Made by a program: the position numbers and the translations under genes. A stretch of DNA of 64,000 bases, taken from Emiliania huxleyi CCMP1516. Taxonomy: Eukaryota. Within the stretch, counting starts at the first letter, position 1. Each line of letters starts with the position of its first letter. The DNA is taken from contig NW_005201349.1 in NCBI RefSeq assembly GCF_000372725.1, forward strand, positions 140,323 through 204,322. Direction: 5' to 3'. The notes beneath the pieces were generated by a model that saw only the letters and a program-made list of their open reading frames with translations, was not told the origin of the DNA and did no database searches. Below, piece after piece: positions 29,922 through 40,484 of this stretch.

Positions 29922-32216
29922 ATGTGGTCGCTGCGCTCCGCCACCGGGCTCCTGGTGCTGGCGGGCGGCATTGCCGAGCTGGGCGCCATTCGGGTCACAG
30001 CTGGCCGCGGATTCCTGCGGCATCGTGCGTCGCAGATGTCCGTTCCGCCGATTTTGGAAGCGACCGATGCCAGCGCGTTCGACGATGGTGCAGATGCCCC
30101 TGTGGCGCTACAGCCGAAGAGGACCGCACGCGCTTCGCTGAGGAATACTGTGCCTCGCCTGCCGACATACTCTGCCGAGTCCATTGCAGCGTGGCGGCAG
30201 TACGACACGCTGCAAGAACCGCCGTTCAAGCCAGAAGGGCCGTGGGGTCAGATAATTAGCGAGGGCCACTTCATAGGAGACCCGATGCTCGACGTGGTGG
30301 CGAGTGCGCCCGACGGCAAGCCGCTTTTATACGGCGTGGCCGCCGGCAAGAAGATTGTCCGCGTCATTCCCAAGAGCAGCCTCGGGACGACGGAAGCCAC
30401 GCCGACGGTGGAGGAAGTACGGGATTGGGTGCGCCGCGCCAAGGAGAGCAGCAGCGCTCCATGCTCTGATCTGACCGAGCCCCTTTCGCTCGAGTTTGAC
30501 GATTCACAGATCGACTATGCGCGTGTTGAGCAGGGCCAGCAGGCCTGGTCTTCCCGCGTGGGCGAGAGCGTGCGCAACCTGGGGCTAGCGCTGATGTCTG
30601 GCTTTGCGGTGCGGCGTGCAGTCGAAGTGCTCGAGGTGAATCCGCGCACCACCACGCCAAAAGGGGCGCTGGCACGGTACGACGAGACGGGCTTCTACTG
30701 GCAGGATTGGCTCCAAGGGGGCAGCTGGGCCGACCCGTACTCTTCGGCGCGTATGAGCGCCGAGTCGGTCCGCTGCTTCCACGCGCTCGGGCGCACAAAT
30801 GACAAAGTGTGGGAGAAGTGGGTTGGCGCTCCCGCCGAGGTGGTGCCCAAGACTTGGAGGGTCGACCGGGACCACCCTCTCACGAGGGAGGTTGCGCGTG
30901 CCACAATCGGTGGAAGGAATCTGCTCGAGGCCAACGGCCACGACTTTGTCTTCGTCTTCGCGGAGGCCGCGGCGCCGGACGAGACGGAGCTTTGGGACTA
31001 CTTCGTCCCTCTACCCCTTGCTGCAGACGCGCCCAATCTGCACGACCTGGTGGAGAGGTTTCCGCTTTTCCGCAAGAATGGCGTGCCCATCAACCAGTAC
31101 GACCTAGCCGAGACCCTGTTCACCTTCGCGACGGTGCCCATCATGGTCACAGAGAGCTCGGTCGTGCTCAACCCGCGCAACAACCTGGTGAGGCCGAGCC
31201 GCGAGTCGGTTGCGCAGCGGGGTTGGTCGGGGCCCAACATTGCACAGCGCGAGAAGAGTGACATGGTTTATATGTGGGGCGCCGTGGCGCACCACTTGGG
31301 GCTTACTGGGACCGCCAATTTTTGCCACGGGCTGCCGGATCCCGAACTTGCCTTCACGCGCTACTCGGAGGAGTGGAACGTCTTCAACGCACAGCGGTAC
31401 CGAACTCAAAAGTGGGAGGTGACAAAAAAGGTGCAGGACCCCGTGATTGTGGGCGCAGCAGAGAGGCTCGCCGGGGCCATCGGCAAGCAGATCGAGGACT
31501 CTCTCGGGGCGGAGAAAGCTGCCAACTGGGACGATGCCAGCGTGAAGGAGCTGGCGCAGCAGATTCAGAGGGCGCTCATTGAGCAGGAGTTCTACCTACC
31601 CCTGCCCGTCGACACGCTCCGTGAGGCGTATCGTCAGTCAGCCGAGGGAAGCATCTCTCGGGCTGGGTCGAGCATTTTCGAGCTTGTCAACCCGTTCAAG
31701 CAGCTGGAGCGGCAAGGGAAGGTGAACGCAGCTGCGCTCTCGCTGGCACGCAACCTCGGCACGAGTGCGCTCATGGGCCTGAGTGCTTTTGCGCAAAAGG
31801 GCGCGCAACCGGCGGTCATCGAGTTCTTCGCCACGTTCTCCGCCCGCGATTTGACTGCGCTGACTGCTCTTAGAGAGGAGTCAGTCGAGCTGCGAGCGGG
31901 CTCCCCGATTGGAGCAGCCTGGAACGCCATGCCGAGGGAGCTCCAGCTGCTATCTGCCGGGGAGTCGCTGCCGCGCGATCCCCAGCTGTGGCCAAACTTC
32001 CAACCGATCGGAGCCTTTTTGCCATCCTTGCTACCCAGAGACGAGGAGGCGATGAAGGCTCCGTACAAGGGTTGGCTCGCGGCTCGCCAGAAGTCGGCGT
32101 TTGAGTCGACGGAGGCGAAGCTTCGCGCTCTGGAGAGTGCGTGCGTCGTCAGTGCGGCGGGTACCTCGTGCTTGGACGATGCTGATGGCGAGCCCGCCGG
32201 GGAGTCGACAGTGTGA
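29922..32216 (+). CDS. Signal/transit-peptide protein with an MpaB/rubber-oxygenase (Lcp/DUF2236)-like catalytic domain
   Basis: VRCFHALGR, GVPINQYDLAETLFTF and MVYMWGAVAHHLGL match the MpaB-like motif pattern. Intronless; the ORF extends to 29859. Confidence 0.62.
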   Translation: MWSLRSATGLLVLAGGIAELGAIRVTAGRGFLRHRASQMSVPPILEATDASAFDDGADAPVALQPKRTARASLRNTVPRLPTYSAESIAAWRQYDTLQEPPFKPEGPWGQIISEGHFIGDPMLDVVASAPDGKPLLYGVAAGKKIVRVIPKSSLGTTEATPTVEEVRDWVRRAKESSSAPCSDLTEPLSLEFDDSQIDYARVEQGQQAWSSRVGESVRNLGLALMSGFAVRRAVEVLEVNPRTTTPKGALARYDETGFYWQDWLQGGSWADPYSSARMSAESVRCFHALGRTNDKVWEKWVGAPAEVVPKTWRVDRDHPLTREVARATIGGRNLLEANGHDFVFVFAEAAAPDETELWDYFVPLPLAADAPNLHDLVERFPLFRKNGVPINQYDLAETLFTFATVPIMVTESSVVLNPRNNLVRPSRESVAQRGWSGPNIAQREKSDMVYMWGAVAHHLGLTGTANFCHGLPDPELAFTRYSEEWNVFNAQRYRTQKWEVTKKVQDPVIVGAAERLAGAIGKQIEDSLGAEKAANWDDASVKELAQQIQRALIEQEFYLPLPVDTLREAYRQSAEGSISRAGSSIFELVNPFKQLERQGKVNAAALSLARNLGTSALMGLSAFAQKGAQPAVIEFFATFSARDLTALTALREESVELRAGSPIGAAWNAMPRELQLLSAGESLPRDPQLWPNFQPIGAFLPSLLPRDEEAMKAPYKGWLAARQKSAFESTEAKLRALESACVVSAAGTSCLDDADGEPAGESTV

Positions 32217-32439
32217 GGGACAGGGGGTGTGTGGTGATGCCTGATCCGTAACGTGGTAGGAAGGTGAGTAGTCTCAGCTCTGTCAGTCTGTCTGGCGGAG
32301 CCGGGGGAGGCCCCGGTGCCCGGATCCTCTTGTGTCTTGACTCTTGTGTGCGCACGCAGATCGCAATCGCTCGCGGCCCCCAGGCGCGCCGGATCCAGGC
32401 GGGTGTGTACATTTTTCTTGTGTAGTTAGATAATTTATT

Positions 32440-35400
32440 TCAGTGCCCATAAGGCACGAGATGATTGGTCTTGCGTTTCGCCGGATGATCCGATGTGAAT
32501 GGTCGCCGCTCCCTCCCCGCGGCTCGCTGCCGCCACGCGTCCCGCAACGCATCGCGCCGTGCCTGCGCCGGGGCGATGGCCTCGACCGGCCGCATGCTCT
32601 CGGGGTCCGCGGCGACCTGAAGAGTGTACCAGTGCGCGCGAGCGCGGAAGTAGCTGGACTGGTTGTGCCCCGAACCGGCTGCCTGGGCCATCCAAGGCTC
32701 CGCTGGCGCGGGCGGCGCGGTCAGCCGAGCGCGGAGGATGTCCATGAGCGTGTGGTACGCGTCCATCTCCGGCGGCTCGTCCAAATAGCTCGAGCGGGTG
32801 CACGCGTCGCCGCCGTCGACGCCTGGGGCAGAGAGAGGCCGAAGCCTTGGCACAGGAGGGAAGGGGGAGAGAAAAGCCCGGCGGGCGGGGCGGTCCAGCC
32901 GAGGCCTTGCAGCCCGGCCGCGGTGAGTTGCGACGCGAGGGTCGCCGCGACGGGGCCGGGCATCTCACGCCGGCACTCCTAAGTAGCGTGAACGCCGTGC
33001 CCTCACCCCCTCACCCCCCCGCCCCCTCCCTCCCCTTCGGCCTGCGGGTGGGGCGCACGTCGGCACTGAGCAGCGGACCGCTGTCCGAACGAATGGCGCG
33101 TCCCCGGCCCGCGCCGCCCCTGCACCTTGCGCACTCGCGCGGCACCCACCCGCTCCCAAACACCAGGCTCGTGTGCAGGAGGCGCGGCCAGACGCCGGCG
33201 GCGGCAGACACCATCGCGGCCGCGGCGCCTCGCCGCAGCTTGCGCAGCCAGCCCATCAGCCGAGGGATGGACTCCGCCTCGACATAGAGCGCCGCCTCGT
33301 GCCAGCGCATCTCCGGGTGCTCGGCGAGGGGCATCGCCTACTCGCCGAGGCTCGCCGAGGTTCGCCGAGACACCCGAGAGTCCAACCCTCCCAGTGGGGG
33401 GGGGGCCGTCGCCTCGAGCCTCTCGGACAGGACAGGCACGCAGCCGTACAGCACTGCTGGCAAGTAGCGGTCCGAGTCGCCGTTGTCCCAGCCGCGGGGC
33501 GAGAAGCAGAAGCGCGACGTCAGCATCGCGAGGTGCCTGGAGAGAGCAAGAAAGCGACCTGCTCTCAGTCTGGCTCCCCACCCGACGCCTCTCCCCGCCT
33601 GCGCTGCGGGGCCGCACAGAGGCCGCACGGCGTCGCTTTCCGTGAGCGTGTCGTGGATGCACGCGCCGCTCTGGCCCGCGATGCCGAGCAGAGCGCGGCG
33701 GGCGCGGTTGTTGTTGAAGCGCACCGCGCCCGCCCAGAAGAGCGTGCCTACGGGGACAGCCCCGAGCAGGCTCCGAGGATGGCAGTGCAGCCGTGTCGCC
33801 CGCCCGAGAGGGGCGTGCAGTTTCGGCGGGGGTGGATCGGCAGCGGCTCGGCGGGGGGAAGCGACGCCTCGACGCCCGTCGCCTTGCCGCCGCGTGCCGC
33901 TGGGGCGGACCTGCCGGCGGGCTTCTCCTGCAGGGGCAAGGGACAGGATGGAGCCAGGGGCCGCGGCGGGGCGGGAAGTGCGCGCTGGTGTGTCCTCCCG
34001 CCCTCCCACCCTCCCACCCTCCCACCCTCCGTCCCACCCTCCCTCCCTCGCGGCGGCAGATCGCGCACCGGCGGCACCGTCCTCCCGCCCCCCGCCGCCT
34101 TCAGCACCTTCTTAAACGCCGGGGCGTCCTCCTCCTCCTCTCTCGAGCCCGCCAAACGAGCAGACGGCCTCGCCCCGAGAGACGGCCTCGCCCCGAGACG
34201 CTTCTCGTGGCGCTTCTCGTCCTCCGCCCCTCTGCTGCCCCGCCGCGGCGCGTGCCAGGAGGCGAGCCGCGTGCTGCGTAGCGAGCGGTTCCTACGGGGC
34301 GAGGGCTCCGAGAAGGTTCCGAGAAGGTTCCGAGAAGAGTCCAGGCGCCGTCCGCGTGTCGAGCGGTTCCTCCACGAACCCGCGCGCCTCAGAAAGTCGC
34401 GCAGTTTGCCCAGCGGCCCAGCGGCGCCCGCGAGCTCGAGCCGCCGCCCCTCCGCGGACGGGACGTCGAACCGCGCCCGTCCGTACGGCACGCAGTCCAG
34501 AGAGACGTGCTCCGCCGCTCCCCCCTCCCCCCCCCGGCTCGACTCGGACAGATGTCGGGCGAGCAAGCGACCTGCTCCTGCCGAGGAGCCGGCGGCGGGG
34601 CTGCTCCTCCGCCTGCCACGCGGAAGCGCCGGCTGCGGCGGTGCCGGCTGAGCCACCTTCACTTGCTGCGGCTGCGGCTGCGGCGGCTGCGCGCGAGGGG
34701 ATGAGACGCGCAGCAGCTCGCGCTGCAGCAGCGTCGGCACCCTCTGGCCCGATTGTGACCGGTGCAAGCCGCACAAGGGCCCGCACTCGTGCTCTTCAGG
34801 CGTGGGCAGCCGCACGTCGAGCCAGGGCTGGAAGCAGTTGAGGCAGCTGCCCGACGGAGCCCGCAACCCGTCGGTCCACCCGTTGTACTGCAGGTTGAAG
34901 AGCAGCCGCGCGGGAGAGGCCGGGTTGAGCGCCTCCCAGCCTTCGCCCCACGCGTCTCGCAGCCAGCGGTCGTTTGCTGGCGCTTGCACGGGGCCAAAGC
35001 GGACGGGCCGCCGCGGGGTGAGCTTGCCGGAGGAGTACTTGTTTGGCACGATGGGCCGCGAAAATGCGCAGTCTCCCGGGCCGTGATCGCAGGGAAGAAG
35101 CCAGAAGTGCCGCGCAGTCGCGTCGGCCACGCTCCTGTTCCAGAAGGGCCACGTCTGGCGGATATAGTCGAACATGCGCCCGACGGCATAGTCGCCCGCC
35201 GCCTCGCTGCCCGTCGGATTCCCGCCCGTCGGGTGGTGCGGCACCAAGAAGTAGTCGGCGCACTCGCCGTTGGGCTCGAAGTGCTTGGACTTTCGGATCC
35301 ACTGCGCGAGACTACACGTGTTTCGCCAGTCGTTGCACGGCCTAACCACCGACTTGGGCAGTGAGTACACGTAGATGCGAGGGGAGGAGGCTGATTTTGG

Positions 35401-35496
35401 TGCCGAGCAGGACATGAGTCGCGGGACTACACGTCGCACACGGTGCTGATGGGTTCGACTTTTGTCGATGCATGGTATGGTGGCGTACCTCCCCAC
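32440..35496 (-). CDS. Exostosin-family (GT47) glycosyltransferase, multi-exon
   Basis: IYVYSLP, ADYFLVP, WPFWNRS...HFWLLPCDHG, LFWAG, SRFCFSPRG...AVLYGCVPV and PLAEHPEMRW are spread over several ORFs. Exact exon ends are approximate. Confidence 0.8.
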
Positions 35497-35745
35497 CGTC
35501 CAGTTTCCGAGCCTGACTGTTCTTCACCTTTCTACCTAACCTAACTCCTACAGCAGACCAGGATTCCAGCCGACAGGACCATATACCCCCCCCCCCTCCC
35601 CCTCCCCACCCGGCCGACCAGGATTCCAGCTCGTATAGCCATAGGGGAAGGAGCCTGCAGGATGACACCCCGACCGCACGCACACTAGATCGCGGATGGC
35701 CGCCGTCTTCCACGCCAGGACCGGCCGGTCCAAAAGCACATCAGC

Positions 35746-36525
35746 TCAAGAGGGCCGCGGCGGGCCCATTCTGCCCATGCCCATTCGTTGCATCTGCTGC
35801 CAGTGCTCCTCCTTCTCGGCCCACCAGGCGTCGGCCACGTGATCCTCCGGGATCTTCTCGTGGTACTCGTCGCGCATGCACTCGCCGAGTGGGGCCGGCC
35901 GCAGGTGCTTAGGCTCGACTACCACGATGTGGCACGGATCGTCGTCCTCGTCGTCCTCGTCGTCCATTCCAGGGATCTTTACGTTCACGTTATACCGCTC
36001 GGGAGTACCGCCCGGCATCGCGCTCATGAGATCCATCCGCGCCTTGAGACCGTTCAGGTCAACGTGTTCCGCGACCTTGTGCCGAACCGGGCAGCCAACC
36101 AGTCGGACCTGGCTTAGGGGCTGGCTGCAAGCGATGAAGCGGCGCATGGCCTTGACCGTCTCGGATTCGCGCTCTTCCGCCGTCGCGTAGGACGTCAGCC
36201 GCGCGGCGATGCGCTCCAGCTGCTGCTGCGAGATGTAGCGGTGCAGGACCGCGCGCTCGCCAAAGGCCACAAATGCAGGGCCGGTGCCACCAGCGGACCT
36301 GAGGCCCTCGAGGCCCGATGCGCCGCCGCCAGTGGACTGCGATGCGGTCGCTGTGGCGACGAGCGCGTTGCCAAACTCCGAGCGCTCCTGCGCGGTCATG
36401 CCGCCCATGCCCGCCAATATGTCGCGCTGCCAGTCGGTGAGAGTGTTAAAGAATGCGGTGGCCGGACCCGCGCTCGTGCGTGCCGCTTTGGGCGTCGCCG
36501 CGCCGCTGAGGAAGCCCTTCTTCAT
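35746..36525 (-). CDS. Hypothetical protein (259 aa) with an SH3-like DLNG...RYNV...P.HL motif
   Basis: Intact ORF with protein-like composition. The motif resembles the C-terminal module of the ankyrin protein at 40.7-40.9 kb. Confidence 0.55.
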   Translation of the reverse strand: MKKGFLSGAATPKAARTSAGPATAFFNTLTDWQRDILAGMGGMTAQERSEFGNALVATATASQSTGGGASGLEGLRSAGGTGPAFVAFGERAVLHRYISQQQLERIAARLTSYATAEERESETVKAMRRFIACSQPLSQVRLVGCPVRHKVAEHVDLNGLKARMDLMSAMPGGTPERYNVNVKIPGMDDEDDEDDDPCHIVVVEPKHLRPAPLGECMRDEYHEKIPEDHVADAWWAEKEEHWQQMQRMGMGRMGPPRPS

Positions 36526-36977
36526 TTATCGCGGTGTGTATGGACGGCCAGGAGGGACTGATGTCGGCGACGGTCCTCTCCGCGCGCGTCGGCAAGGCGT
36601 GCGGTGAATTTACGCTCCGTCGCCCTCCTGAGCTCTCCCCCCTTCGCTCCAGCCACGCATAGGCGCTCGCGGACAGGCGCCCGTGACGGCCGTCCCGCGA
36701 GCTGTGAACAGACGCGTTTATGTGAAGAGACGCACTTGCCTTCGAGTACAAACAACACAAACAACCCAACACCAAACAACCTCACAAAAAGCACGATTCT
36801 TCTGCTGTTGGCCCTCGATGGGGGGATTGGTCAGTCGGCGCTATCTCGTTCTATCTCGTGCGATCTCGCAGCGATCTCGCCTATTCAAGAGCCGTTTTTC
36901 TGTTCTTCTTCGCGCTGCGCGCATAGTATCCATAGACGCTTCCCGCCAGCCAGCTCTATCATCTATGGCATAGTACT

Positions 36978-37985
36978 ATGGCGAGGGACGCCTACGCACG
37001 CGTGCAGACGGCTGCCACCGCCAAGGCGGCCCTGCTCCAGTGGCGCTTCCTGATCAAGCAGGACGACCCGGATCGATGAGGACACCTTCGACGTTACGCT
37101 GCTCGCAAGCGGAGCTGCGAGTGGACTCCATCGTCACGGCCGAGGATTGGGGCCGCCTCGAGTCGTACCTGCGCGAGTCCGTTCGAGATTCCCACCTCTG
37201 TCAAGATCGGCCTGCAGGGCAAGGTGCTGTTCAGCGGCAAGCAGGCGCTCTTCTTCAAGGTCCGCGACCAATTGTCCACCGCGCGCTTTCAGATCGAGCG
37301 GCTGGGCCAGCTGCTTGTGGACGAGACGGAGGTCACGGTCGAGGTCGAGATCTGCGCTGTGGACGTGGGCTCGTGGGCAAGAAGCTCAAGGCCAAGTCCA
37401 AGCCGCGCACGCGCAAGCAGGAGGCCTCCACCACCAAGCTCGACGAGCTGAAAGGCTCCATCTAGGCGTGACGGCCTCGACGCGCAGCTACGTGACCGGC
37501 TCTCGTGGAAGCCCGCCTCGAGCGACATCATGCGGTCGGAGCCAGAGTACCTGGCCAAGTATTTTGAGGGCCGTGACCTCACAGAGAAGGTGATGGGCAA
37601 CGCCGACTACCACCCGAGCCCCGTGGTCCTCATCTGCCCCTTCGACTCGTGCAAGAAGAGCCACCGCGTGCTCAATGGCGTGAGCGCCGTGTCGCAGCTG
37701 TCCTCGCACTGGATGGGGAGGCACGCGAGCAACCCGATGGCGATCGCGCTCGAGAAGCGGTGGCGGCTGGCGCTTGACAACAAGCACAAGTCGAAGGAGT
37801 GGCTCGATGCGCAACCAGGCTGTGCGCTCTGCCTCACCTGCGAGGAGGCCGATCGCCTCGGCGGCGAGGAGGCAGGCTACGAGCAGATCCGCCCCCCCAA
37901 GCCCGATCCGACTGACTTCAAGCTGACCTTCGACCTCAACACTGAGGAGCACCGGGCGTGGAAGGCAGCCGTCGGCACCATCTAG
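36978..37985 (+). pseudogene. Frameshifted gene ending in a C2H2-like zinc-finger ORF, possibly transposon-derived
   Basis: Coding-like segments occur in different frames. CPFDSC...HWMGRH lies in 37530-37985. Related CTATCTC repeats flank it at about 36838 and 38080. Confidence 0.35.
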
Positions 37986-38334
37986 GCGGTCGTAGTGAGG
38001 CGAGAGAGCACGGTGCCACAGGCAGGCGCGCGGCGAGAGAGGCCGGGGCGGGGCGCCCGCCGCAGCGGCGGGTTGGGGCGCTATCTGGCGCTATCTGGCG
38101 CATCTGGCTATCTCATTCTATCTCATTCTATTTCGTGTCGATCTGACACAAGAACCGTCCAGACTAGGGCTTTTGGGAGGGAACGAAAGAAAAAGGACCG
38201 CTCGCAAGAGACCATTGGGTTTGTACTATTAACAACGAAGGCAAATTCAAAGAAAAAGGAAACCAGCTGTTGTCGTTGACGTTGTCCAAGTCGCCCCGGG
38301 ACGCTGTTCGCCCCTGTTCGCCCTTGTCCTGAGA

Positions 38335-40032
38335 ATGCGGCTGCTCAACACCAACTCCGTCGATGGCCTCCGCGCCATCGCCGTGCTGCACATCGTACTC
38401 GGCCACCACAGCACCTACACTGGCTACATTGCGCACACCACACCGTCCACGCAGGAAGCACCCGACGCCGACGAGGCAGACGCCTTCGGGTGCAGCACTA
38501 AATGGTGCACAGGCGGCTCTCTGAACTGCTGGGCCGGCTCGGACTTCGATGGATGCACGTGCGCCCTCGGCGAGGCTCGCATGACGGGTCGGATGTGGCC
38601 ACACGCCTTCTACGAGGGCCACATCCGAGGGCCACACGCGTATGAGTGCTGCCTACCGTCCACGAACTATACTGACCTCGTGGGCGTCACGTGTGGCAGC
38701 TACATTCCAGCGGACGACCCGATGCACCGCACCACGTCGGGTCTCGACCTGATCGGCGGCGCGTCGATGAGTTTGTTCTACATCATCAGCGGATTCGTCC
38801 TCATGCTCGGATACGGCAGTGTGCGCCCGGTGCCGCGAGGCACCGACACGAGTTGCTGCGGCGACGGCACCTCGGCCAACGCGGGCTGCTGCTTCCCGTG
38901 CTTCTGCGCGCCGACCAAGGAGGTGGAGGCGGAACCGGCGGAGGCGCCGCTGCCGCCGCTCAGCGCGCGCGACTTTTACATCAAGCGCTTCGCGCGCATC
39001 GGGCCGCTCTGGTACCTGGGCAACCTGCTCGCGGTGCCGCTGTACTTCACGGGCCACACCCATGCAACGGGCGCGTGGTGGTGGGGGGGCTTCGTGCTCT
39101 CCCTCTTCCCGCTCGGCCTGAACTCGTGGACCGTCCTGTTCTTCCCGCCGGCGGGCCACCTCTGGACGATCTCCACCATGACGTTCTTCTACCTCCTCTT
39201 CCCACGCATCGCGATCCACCTGACTCGCGTCCACCCGAAGCAGGTGCGCACGTTTGCGTGCGCACTGTACGGCATCCAGCTGGGGCTCTTCGTCTGCATG
39301 CTCTTTGGTGCTGGAGCCATCTTCGGCGGCGAGTTGGGATACTGGTGGGCAAGAGTGTGGCCGCCGATTCGACTGCCGACCTTTGTGATGGGCATGCTCG
39401 CCGCGCGCCAGGCAGAGCTCGAGGCCAAGGACCCGGCACTCTCGCAGAACTGCTACTCGCTCGCCAAGGCGTGCCGCCGGCACTATGCGACGGCGCTCCT
39501 CCTCGTGTGGCTCCTCATCGTCGTCCTCGGCATCCTCGAGCAGCTCTTCCTCACTTCGGCCGGCTTCGGCTACCTCTGCCGCATCGCCGGCGAGGCGGCG
39601 CTGCCGATCCTCTTCTATGAACTCATCGTCGCCCTCGCGTACCCGGCGAGCGCGCCAAGGCCGCCCTCGACGACGCACGCCTTCCTCGGCTCGGAGCCGC
39701 TGCGCCGCTTCGCCAACATCAGCCTCGCCGTCTATGTCGTCCATCAGACGCTCATCATCTACATGACACTCGCCGCCTACGGTGTGTTGTGGCCGGGCGC
39801 GTTCGCCACCAACGGTGGCCCAGAGGTCTGGAGATCGGCTGCAAGCAAGGGAAGGGCAGGAGGGGCGCTCATGCTGATGCCCAAGTGGGGCACCGCCGCC
39901 ACGCTGCCCCTCTCGATTTTCCTCGGGTGGCTGCTTACCTACGGCTTCGAGCGGCCCATGAGCCGCGCGATCCGGCGCTGCGTGGCATCGCCCACGCGCC
40001 GAGGTAGCGTCGCGCCGCGCTCCGTTCCTTAA
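38335..40032 (+). CDS. Acyltransferase family 3 (OafA-like) membrane protein with Cys-rich insertions
   Basis: VDGLRAIAV..H, FYIISGFVL, FYIKRFARI, HLWTIS and ISLAVYVVH, with many transmembrane segments. Confidence 0.85.
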   Translation: MRLLNTNSVDGLRAIAVLHIVLGHHSTYTGYIAHTTPSTQEAPDADEADAFGCSTKWCTGGSLNCWAGSDFDGCTCALGEARMTGRMWPHAFYEGHIRGPHAYECCLPSTNYTDLVGVTCGSYIPADDPMHRTTSGLDLIGGASMSLFYIISGFVLMLGYGSVRPVPRGTDTSCCGDGTSANAGCCFPCFCAPTKEVEAEPAEAPLPPLSARDFYIKRFARIGPLWYLGNLLAVPLYFTGHTHATGAWWWGGFVLSLFPLGLNSWTVLFFPPAGHLWTISTMTFFYLLFPRIAIHLTRVHPKQVRTFACALYGIQLGLFVCMLFGAGAIFGGELGYWWARVWPPIRLPTFVMGMLAARQAELEAKDPALSQNCYSLAKACRRHYATALLLVWLLIVVLGILEQLFLTSAGFGYLCRIAGEAALPILFYELIVALAYPASAPRPPSTTHAFLGSEPLRRFANISLAVYVVHQTLIIYMTLAAYGVLWPGAFATNGGPEVWRSAASKGRAGGALMLMPKWGTAATLPLSIFLGWLLTYGFERPMSRAIRRCVASPTRRGSVAPRSVP

Positions 40033-40193
40033 ATTCTACAAAGTCCCCGTGTCTCCGTGTGTCTCTGTGGTGGGGCGGCCTGTGCCGCCGTTCCTCCTTA
40101 ACCTTATCCCTCCACCGACCCTGCTGCTGCTAAAAAAGAATCGTATACCCGCCCCCGCCTCGGCCTGCCGTGACGAGCGGCCCAGGCATCTCA

Positions 40194-40236
40194 CAGCAGC
40201 GTGTCGTGCTTCTCGGTGTCGTGCCGCGCGTCGAGC
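40194..40236 (-). pseudogene. Remnant of a second ankyrin-gene 5' region
   Basis: Near-identical to 42501-42544 (LDARHDTEK.DTLL). Confidence 0.55.
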
Positions 40237-40484
40237 TCCGCAGCCGCGAGAGCTCAACGTGGCACACGTGTGCCGCGCGGCGTTACCGCGTGCGCGCGCC
40301 CCGGCACGTGTGGGCCGCCGCGGCGCGACGCGCGTCCGCCGTGCGCCGAGCTGGGCGCATCCTTCCTGCATTTTCTCTTCGTTTGGTCTGGGTATAAAAA
40401 GAAGAACGCCATGACAAAAAACGCAGCAGTGTAGCACCACCAAACCGGGGTTTGGCTGCCAAGAGGAGAACAGGACCGAAGCAG

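Noticed and set aside
35555..35632. GACCAGGATTCCAGC direct repeat as a mini-CRISPR
   Set aside because: Only two copies around C-runs, a eukaryotic context and no cas genes.
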